Shown piece by piece: positions 62,635 through 64,000 of a DNA stretch of 64,000 nucleotides. The first letter of the stretch is position 1. Each line of letters begins with the position of its first letter. The notes beneath the pieces are model-generated. The model saw only the letters and a program-made list of their open reading frames with translations. It was not told the origin of the DNA and made no database searches. The position numbers and the translations under genes are program-made. Source of the DNA: a virus; the IMG/VR virus record IMGVR_UViG_3300028844_006278; one strand, written 5' to 3'.

Positions 62635-64000
62635 TGTACAGGTACCTGTCCTTGTCGCGCGAGCTGCACACCTTGTGTAGCCGCTTGGTTTTCGAGTTCG
62701 CTGAGTCTAGCTTTGACTTGGGCATACAGTGCCTCGTCCTGGTGCTTAAGGTCGGATAGCGTCCTACGTCGTGTAAGCGGGTCCGCTACGATAAGCTCTT
62801 GGGCGATCTGGTCTGCGTTGGTCAATAGGTCGTCGATGGTTGCTCCAACCCCTGTAGCCCCTCCCGTTCCTGCGGAGGGAGGCATAGCGGCAGGAGGAGC
62901 TGCTGCTCCTGCGGGAGCACCGGCCTGCTGCTCTTGGGCAGCCATAGCGGCCTGCTCTTCCTGCATAAGGACCTGCTGTCCTGGGCCGGGCACGGTGACT
63001 GCTTGTACATTGGCCATCTGGTTGTCCATCTGGCGCTGGCGCTCTTCCATCTCTTCGGCAGCCGCTTCTTCCTGATCGAGCAGCTTCTTACGCTCTTGGT
63101 CGTAGTCTATGCCGATTGTCTGTAGAGCGGTGTCTTCAGATATCTTACCCGCGGCGGCGAGCTGCATCTTGAGACTGCGGATCTCCGGATCCTCGTATAG
63201 GGATACTGGTTTGACGAATGCGCGGACAGTTTCCCAGCTTAGTAGATCGCCCTGCTTATTCACTACCCACGTTGCCCACTTGTTGAGCTGGTTAGCGAAA
63301 TGCTGCCACGTCCGTTCGAACATCTTAAAGCCGATAAGAGGTCCTGCAGCTGCTTGGAATCCTGTAATGGATGACTTGTAGAACTCAGGAGGAATACCCA
63401 TAGAGTGTAGGAGCCGCATCTCGAAGTGCTCCATGATGTCTACAGGTATAAGGCTCTTTGCCTCGCCTCCCAGTGTCTGGTACTCCAAAGGATAGGGGAG
63501 GAAGTTCCAGTCCGTAGGATTTCTACGGTGGCGCTGGATCATACCCATTACAGATCCGACAAAGTCCTTCATATTCATGTTGAGCATAGGATCCTTAGAT
63601 CCGCCTGCGCTCGGAGGAGAGAACACGCGAAACGGCATAAGGTACTCTACCAGGATAGTCTCCACGTACTTATCCAACATCGTCACTAAGACGGCCGTTT
63701 CAAAGTCCGCCATGAATGGGGGAAGTCCCCATCCCTTAAGATTAGGGATAGAGCAGGCAGCTACTGGGAAGGACATGTGATATAGCTCGTCGTTCGCAAA
63801 CTCGAACTCGCTTCCTTTACAGATAGCCTCTACGACCTCCCAAGGAGTGTCTTCAAGAAAGATGAGGTCTCCTCTAAGAACAGGGGCGGACAAAGAATCG
63901 TACTGTTTTAGGTCTATGCTGTACTTGGTGCGGCCTGACATCGGATGCTGATGGATGCGCATAAACTGCGGCGGCCAGCGGGTGATGACAGGCTTAGACT
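62631..64000 (-). CDS. Probable portal protein, N-terminus outside the window
   Basis: Frame open to the edge (SKPVITRWPPQFMRI); GWGLPP, LLHSMGIPPEF, GKISEDTALQTIGIDYDQE are portal-like; heads the head module. Confidence 0.72.
   Translation of the reverse strand, partial: SKPVITRWPPQFMRIHQHPMSGRTKYSIDLKQYDSLSAPVLRGDLIFLEDTPWEVVEAICKGSEFEFANDELYHMSFPVAACSIPNLKGWGLPPFMADFETAVLVTMLDKYVETILVEYLMPFRVFSPPSAGGSKDPMLNMNMKDFVGSVMGMIQRHRRNPTDWNFLPYPLEYQTLGGEAKSLIPVDIMEHFEMRLLHSMGIPPEFYKSSITGFQAAAGPLIGFKMFERTWQHFANQLNKWATWVVNKQGDLLSWETVRAFVKPVSLYEDPEIRSLKMQLAAAGKISEDTALQTIGIDYDQERKKLLDQEEAAAEEMEERQRQMDNQMANVQAVTVPGPGQQVLMQEEQAAMAAQEQQAGAPAGAAAPPAAMPPSAGTGGATGVGATIDDLLTNADQIAQELIVADPLTRRRTLSDLKHQDEALYAQVKARLSELENQAATQGVQLARQGQVPVQ

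Larger units (their letters stand above)
1..64000 (-). mobile_element. Large myovirus-type phage genome segment (morphogenesis module plus phage RNA polymerase)
   Basis: Co-oriented, tightly packed genes in portal-protease-scaffold-capsid-neck-sheath-tube-TMP-baseplate order; no integrase or host housekeeping context. Confidence 0.95.

Noticed and set aside
1-64000. Stop-codon reassignment
   Set aside because: Conserved proteins are full length under the standard code, and TAG, TGA and TAA stops all abut the next start.
1-64000. tRNA, rRNA or structured ncRNA genes
   Set aside because: Intergenic gaps are about 110 nt or less and no cloverleaf or known RNA motif was recognised by eye; a covariance search was not run.

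Overview
A 64-kb segment of a large myovirus-type tailed phage. All credible genes lie on the minus strand and use the standard genetic code. In transcription order (right to left) it holds: a probable portal (runs off the window); a cluster of small Gly-zipper/transmembrane and low-complexity proteins; a cellular-type multisubunit RNA polymerase re-partitioned as a beta+beta'(N-half) fusion (52720-57168) and a separate beta'(C-half) carrying a mini-intein in the bridge helix (47269-49539); putative head-internal proteins; a prohead protease with a LAGLIDADG intein; scaffold, decoration and major capsid proteins; a permuted NlpC/P60 enzyme overlapping a lipoprotein with three TM helices; neck, tail terminator, sheath, tube, spike, chaperone (candidate -1 frameshift) and tape measure genes; hub and baseplate genes with a sigma70-family factor among them; a paralogous baseplate/fibre block; a Cys-rich repeat + LamG adhesin; and a protein made almost entirely of four tandem Hint domains. 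Patterns that cut across genes: a K-x-A motif in most head-module proteins (candidate protease site), a [G/A]-x-x-x-G-Y leader motif (candidate capsid-targeting signal), and a 16-bp palindrome TAG(C/A)A(T/C)ACGTAT(G/T)CTA at five gene junctions. All functional calls come from motif recognition by eye and from gene order; no searches were run.
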